Shown here: positions 58,366-64,000 of the stretch, piece after piece
How positions within the stretch are numbered: position 1 is the first letter of the stretch
How the letters are laid out: every line of letters starts with the position of its first letter
Assembly (NCBI RefSeq): GCF_964355755.1
Contig: NC_092678.1
Location: forward strand, 8,510,422 to 8,574,421
Reading direction: 5' to 3'
From: Antedon mediterranea
Lineage: Eukaryota; Animalia; Echinodermata
DNA: 64,000 bases
Position numbers and translations under genes: made by a program
The notes under the pieces: model-generated
Told to the model about the DNA's origin: nothing
The model's input: the letters and a program-made list of their open reading frames with translations, nothing else
Database searches by the model: none

Positions 58366-60210
58366 AGCTTGGTTCCCATTAGAACGTAACGCAAGGACGT
58401 AAACGCAACGCAAGCGTTTTAATCAATGACAAGCGAAGTTATAGACAGTTAGCAATCACAAGCGAATAAGTCATCGCTTGTGATTGGTCAATTCATTTGC
58501 GTTGCGTTACGTCCTTGCGTTGCGTCGCTAGTGGAAACCAAGCTTAAGAGAGTCACGTCATGGTGATGCTGTCAACTACGGCGTTATTTTGTTTGTATGA
58601 CCGTGGCTGTGTGAGCTAGTACACCGGGCAATCTAACAATAACTGAGCACAAATGGTTTATCTGTGGCTGCGACAAGATCAGTTCCACGCCCCCAGACAG
58701 ACACCGTGGGAATATGTACATATATCCAGGGGCGGTCGCAGAACTATTTTAAGAGGGTTGCCCACGAGTCCTGGACCGTAGATACCGAGTTTTTGCGTCA
58801 AAGCGAATTTTGTTGAATGACCCGACACCCCTGGACAGTGCTGCAAACATCGCAGCACTATTGGCCGAATTTTTAAATTTCAAACTGGATGCAGCCATAT
58901 GACATCTCGAAGATGGTACCGTATAGCCGTATTTGGTAGCGAGTTTATTGATGTGTATGTGACGTCACATCCCGTCTTATGACGTCATTACTGCTTCTTT
59001 TGCTGTACCCCCTAAAGAATAGAATATAGTTGTTTTAATTATGTTTTATTATTTAGGTGATCTTAAAATAACACCTTGTTATTGTACAAAATGTAATTGT
59101 TCTCTTTAGTCGTTGACCTCAAATGACCTCTTCACAAGTTCATTTTCTCGGGATTTCTTTTCTGTAGCCCTTTACACCAAGTAGAAGTCAAAAGTGTATA
59201 AACACCTTTGTACGTAATTATTTCACGGTTAAACCATTCCATCTACTATATTGGGTCCATCCGCAAGCTGGCGGCAAGAGACATTGTACCATTGCTTGCT
59301 ATCAGATTGTTATTCACCTTGTGATTCACTTTTCGATGGATAAGACGAGATCAATAAGACGGAAAACCTTATATTTGTAAACGGGTACTAAGATTGCTAC
59401 TAAAGCTTGGTTCCCACTAGCGACGCAACCTACGCAACGTAAGAAAATGCCCTTCCACTCATTGTGTTTGCCCCCGCCTGCGTGAAATCGAACCTGCGAT
59501 GTTTGCAGCATTGTTGCGTCGTTAGTTCCCACTTGAACGGCATTTTGCGTCGATACGTCGCTGCGTTGAGTTCTAGTGGAAACCACGCTTTAGTGCAACA
59601 AAAGAATACATATTACGAAGTAAATCGTTTATGCCAGTAAAGCTTGGTTCCCACTATCGACGCAACGTAACGCAAGCTACGCAATGAAGCGTGGTTCCCA
59701 CTCGCGACGCAACACAAGGACGTAACGCAACGCAAGTAAATTGACCAATCACAAGCGATGGCTTATTCGCTTGTGATTGCTAACTGTCTATAACTTCGCT
59801 TGTCATTGGTTAAAACGCTTGCGTTGCGTTTACGTCCTTGCGTTACGTTCTAGTGGGAACCAAGCTTAATAAGCAAATGCCCTTCCAATAATTGTGTTTG
59901 CCCCCGCCTGCGTGAAATCAAACCTGTTATGTTTGCAGCATTGTTGCGTCGTCGGATCCCACTTGTGATTACGCAATACAGCACTTTGCGTCAATAAGTC
60001 GCTGCGTTGCGTTCTAGTGGGAACCATGCTTTAAGCTTGGTTCCCACTAGATACGCAAAATATGCAACGTAAGAAAATGCCCTTCCAATAATTGTGTTTG
60101 CCCCCGCCTGCGTGAAATCAAACAACCTGCGATGTTTTCAGCACTGTTGCGCAGTCGTCGGTTCCCACTTGTGATTATGCAATACAGCACTTGCTAGTGG
60201 GAACCACGCT
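58366..60210. mobile_element. Cluster of Harbinger-like MITEs (agcttggttcccactag termini)
   Basis: Copies at 58366-58544, 59404-59589, 59641-60030 (with nested 59688-59866) and 60034-60210; TAA/TTA flanks. Confidence 0.85.
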
Positions 60211-60354
60211 TAACGATGCAGGCATCATTAGCAACATTTTACAGGTACGCTTTTGAGAAATGACTTTTTAATATTGACACAGAAGACATAACATGCTATC
60301 TAGTTTATTTCCGTAAATATGGTTACATTACATTACGTAGTTATAACAGATAAT

Positions 60355-61260
60355 ACATGTTTGTTTATTTCACCATTATACTGTATCATATCATAATTGT
60401 CATAAACACAAATATTATTTTTGCTAAATATTCATAATTATTCACTATTATCTTATTCTTATTATATGTATTAATGTAATTGTCCCAAAACATAATTATT
60501 TATGCCTACCATAATAACTATTACCATTTTATAATATATCATTTTCGATTCTATATCTCTATACTGTATGGATAATACGTTTTATTTATTTCACCATAAT
60601 TCTGTATCATGTCATACTTGCCACAATTAAATCCAATAACATATTCGTTACATATTCATAATTCTATTGTGTTAATTACCAAAGTATTCTTTATAATTAG
60701 GCCTATCACTAACATAATTATTTGCTATAATGACTATCTGCCATTATGATATTTCACTTTCATTTAAAATACTGTATCATATTATTGTTTTTTTATTAAA
60801 TATTTTCAGTTAATTAGCAAGCCTTTAATTGCCAAATTTATTGTAAGGAATTAATAATTATCATTTTAATTTTCTTCATGATTATCGTTATCACAATTAG
60901 TTATCATTGCAACAATTGTGAACATTAGTTTACATGTTACTGTATCATAAAATACAGAATGCAAAGTTGTCGTACTTTGAGAGAAGCATATTGTTATTGG
61001 TAATATATAAATTTACTTGTGGCTTGAGGAGAACGTTTCTTCTTGTCTACAATAAGGAAATGTAGGTCTAACATAATTATTTATCATAATAACTATTTAT
61101 CATTTTATATTGTATTTTAATATAATATAGTATATCTTTATACTTTAGCCTAGTGATACTATGTTTAATTTTCACCATATAACCTTAACCCATATCATAT
61201 TATAATAGCCATAATTAAAACAAATAACATATTTGTTACATACTCATAATTATTATCCAA
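60355..61260. repeat. Diverged AT-rich direct repeats
   Basis: Block ttt(c)accat...tatcat.tcata...attcataatt recurs at ~60365, ~60590 and ~61170. Confidence 0.5.
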
Positions 61261-61289
61261 TTTAATGCAAAGTTGTCGTCGTATTTTAA

Positions 61290-61800
61290 GAGATGACTGT
61301 TGTAGATAAGATTAGGTTTTACCATTGCGTTGTAAAGATTGATTTTTTGTTTTTAGTTTGGGAATTTGTTAAATGCGCTTATTGCTATTTGTTTCCGTCT
61401 AGATATATCTTCCGAATCGCCAAGTAATAATCCTATTTTTTTTTCGTTTTTCGCCGAATTTCTTCTGTGAATGAATAATTTCTTTTGGTTAATGTTCGTT
61501 TTTATCCTAGTTTACGAAAAAGGTTGACCATTTTAAGGTGGTTTGCTATCTCTTGTACGTCCGCTTTACTCGTGAGTAAAATGATCGGCATAGGATACCT
61601 CAAGTGGTATGGTGTAGTCAGTATCAGGACCCCGGATTCCGTGTAGCGCATCATTTTCGAGGGTTAAAGCAAAGAGAACGGGAACCATGTTGTCCCCTGC
61701 GGTACTTCAATGTTGCTCCATTGATCTTCAGATTAAGGCAAGTATTGCAGATAAAATATCTAACCAATGCACTTGACATATCGATACATATTTGATTTTA
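61290..61800 (-). pseudogene. Decayed LINE RT remnant
   Basis: Broken-frame motifs VPQG, SYAD, GLLLGDSEDISRRKQIAISAFNK and KTKINLYNAMVK. Confidence 0.6.
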
Positions 61801-62160
61801 CTTTTGGAGGCCTTTGCGAAATAAATTGCCTATATCACAGGGTTTTATGATGATTTATTTTTAAATAAGTTGTGGGAAATTTTGTCTGAAATGTTTTTGT
61901 TACTTTATAGCTGTTTGTTGTTCTTGTTATCTTTGTTTTCTTCTGATATGACAGTATCCTCAATAATGGTCTTTTTAACATGTCCTAATTATATCATATG
62001 TTATTTTGCTGTTATTGAAATATAATTGATCTTCTTGAAAATGAAATGAAAGGAACATGATTGTACTCAGAAGATTATTCCTCCCGTAAAATAAATTGAG
62101 TTGAGATAAAAAATGACATCAAGACTGCAATATATGGGGAACTCGGGTCTGGGTTAAAAG

Positions 62161-63999
62161 TTAAGTAGATAATATCAATACCATGTCAAGATCGTCGATG
62201 CGAAGTACCCCATTCTGACCTACTTCACGTAACAAGAGAATATGATCTCCAGGTTGAGCATTTCTCACAATGTCATCACCAGAAGCAAAGACACGCATCA
62301 CGTGATTCCAATCGTGCTTAACCGTTCCAAACACGTCATAGCGACCCTTCTCTGTACCTTCCTTTGCCCTGAGTACAAGAAACAATTTTCCAGTGGAAGG
62401 AGAATCAGGATTGTCGTCTGTCCAAGTGCAACCAACGGTCACAGCTCGCAACTTCTGCTTTAGTTCCAAACGATGGTCATCACCAGTAAGGATATTTTCA
62501 GGTGCATAACCATGTACAAATCCATAAAAATCAAGCTTAGGGGCAAAATGGATCACGACACTGCTGTGGTTAGGAGTTTCGAGTGGGAGGAATGAAGCTG
62601 TTACTTGAAAGGATCCATGACTTCCAGAAGTTTTAGATACAAACCTAAGCTTGTCCCCAATAGCAACTCGCGAAATCAATGCACTTTTATGGATAGTCGA
62701 TTCAAGAGGAAACGTTGTGCGAATGGAACCATTTGGCTTGAGGACATTCACAACAACGTTAGACGTTGCTCCAGTTGCATTTAATTGCTTCAATTTTGCT
62801 AAGCAACGGATTTCTTCATTGAAAGCAGTTACCGTTTCATTCCTTGGAGAATCAATGAAAGTGATATTGGCAACAAAATTTCTAACGTGCATTGAATGTG
62901 ACCCACCTCCACCAACAACAGTCATGAATTGAATGACACTTCCAGGAGGAATTTTTTCACCAATAGAATCCGATTCATAGGTATAGTTTGACCATGAATG
63001 GGTAACCTTTGTAATAAGAACATCAGAAATAACTTGTTTGCAACCGTTTTCGAACACACGTATGTAAATCTTTCCTTTTAGGTTCCCGTGACCTTGATCC
63101 TTTGCCTCAAACTGAACTTTAACCTTTGTTACAGCACTAACACCACAAGGAAATCTCTGTACGTAAAGTGGAACAAGCGATTCCGAGTTGTTTGTATTGT
63201 TAACACTTTGAGATGGAGCAAATACTCTTGTAGTCTCATGAAATGTAAGAACAGCATAAAAGTTCTTCACGTATAGCTTGTGGTGATATTTACGATTTCC
63301 CACACCACACATAAACTTGACTTTATCACCTGTCTCAATAGTAAATGGTAATTCTTTTCCCGAGTTGTATTCGTAAGATGTCCACTCATGGTCTATGAAA
63401 CAATATGCATCATGGAACAGAATGGTTTTCCTTTCTCCTGACGGCTTGATTACAAACATTGCTAAACGACCTTTTTGATTGCCCCATCCTTGGTCCTTTG
63501 CGTCGAATTTAACTTGAACACTCTTTAAATCATGAGATATTAAGACAACGTCATCGTACAGGTCAATATAGTCCCAGTCCGAATCGGCAAACTTTTCCAC
63601 TAGTTCTATTCGTTCGAAGTCAATTGTAGTCAAAGTTTCCATTTGTGGTCTCCCCATGGCAATGTTTAACATCAAATTTCTGACATGAAGAGTGTGTCCA
63701 CCACCCCAGCCTACCCTACACATCAATTGGGCAACAGCACCTATAGGAATGCTTTGATTTTGTTGTAGGTCCCAATTAAAAGTTTTCCATCCCTTATGGA
63801 CCATTACACCACTTGTCAAAGAGTAATCGGTAAAATCCGCCTCCATTGTCTCATTATGCCAAATACGAAGATATACCTCGCCATTTTTTTCTCCCCAATC
63901 TTGATCTTTTGCTTCAAAACTTACATGTATACCTTTAATCGTTGCTACACCAAGAGGAATTCGCTCTGTGTAGAGAGTAATTTTTTGTCCACTATTGTC
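62161..63999 (-). CDS. Uncharacterised protein with tandem ~120-150 aa beta-rich repeats (5' end outside the window)
   Basis: The frame stays open from the window edge (DNSGQKITLYTERIPLG...) to TAA at 62161 (>610 codons). Repeated motifs F(E/D)AKDQ(G/D)(W/H)G, HxW and VGxGGxH. Confidence 0.85.
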   Translation of the reverse strand, partial: DNSGQKITLYTERIPLGVATIKGIHVSFEAKDQDWGEKNGEVYLRIWHNETMEADFTDYSLTSGVMVHKGWKTFNWDLQQNQSIPIGAVAQLMCRVGWGGGHTLHVRNLMLNIAMGRPQMETLTTIDFERIELVEKFADSDWDYIDLYDDVVLISHDLKSVQVKFDAKDQGWGNQKGRLAMFVIKPSGERKTILFHDAYCFIDHEWTSYEYNSGKELPFTIETGDKVKFMCGVGNRKYHHKLYVKNFYAVLTFHETTRVFAPSQSVNNTNNSESLVPLYVQRFPCGVSAVTKVKVQFEAKDQGHGNLKGKIYIRVFENGCKQVISDVLITKVTHSWSNYTYESDSIGEKIPPGSVIQFMTVVGGGGSHSMHVRNFVANITFIDSPRNETVTAFNEEIRCLAKLKQLNATGATSNVVVNVLKPNGSIRTTFPLESTIHKSALISRVAIGDKLRFVSKTSGSHGSFQVTASFLPLETPNHSSVVIHFAPKLDFYGFVHGYAPENILTGDDHRLELKQKLRAVTVGCTWTDDNPDSPSTGKLFLVLRAKEGTEKGRYDVFGTVKHDWNHVMRVFASGDDIVRNAQPGDHILLLREVGQNGVLRIDDLDMVLILST

Positions 64000-64000
64000 G

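Overview
AT-rich, intron-rich animal genomic DNA (an invertebrate; deuterostome/echinoderm-like by style only, not established). Three complete spliced genes can be rebuilt with GT-AG junctions and consistent phases. These are a SUV39H-type H3K9 methyltransferase (minus, 6 exons), HSPA14/Hsp70L1 (minus, 14 exons) and ING3 (plus, 9 exons, head-to-head with HSPA14, 301 bp between start codons). The window ends in the 3' part of a long uninterrupted ORF built from an unassigned repeated ~120-150 aa domain (motif KDQGWG...VGGGGxH). Introns are packed with mobile DNA: a near-intact APE-RT LINE carrying a 2A-like StopGo peptide and split by a TIR element, a BEL/Pao LTR retrotransposon with apparently identical LTRs, and many MITEs (Harbinger-, Tc1/pogo-, hAT-, MULE-, Kolobok- and Sola-like), several nested. 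Most interesting are (i) an 8-fold tandem amplification of a full CDK consensus site in the SUV39H SET/post-SET linker, (ii) the repeat-domain protein, (iii) Penelope-type minimal hammerhead ribozymes in introns, (iv) HSPA14-SUV39H microsynteny matching human, and (v) mirror-image satellite-bearing transposons around the bidirectional promoter. All calls are by eye; no database searches were run.
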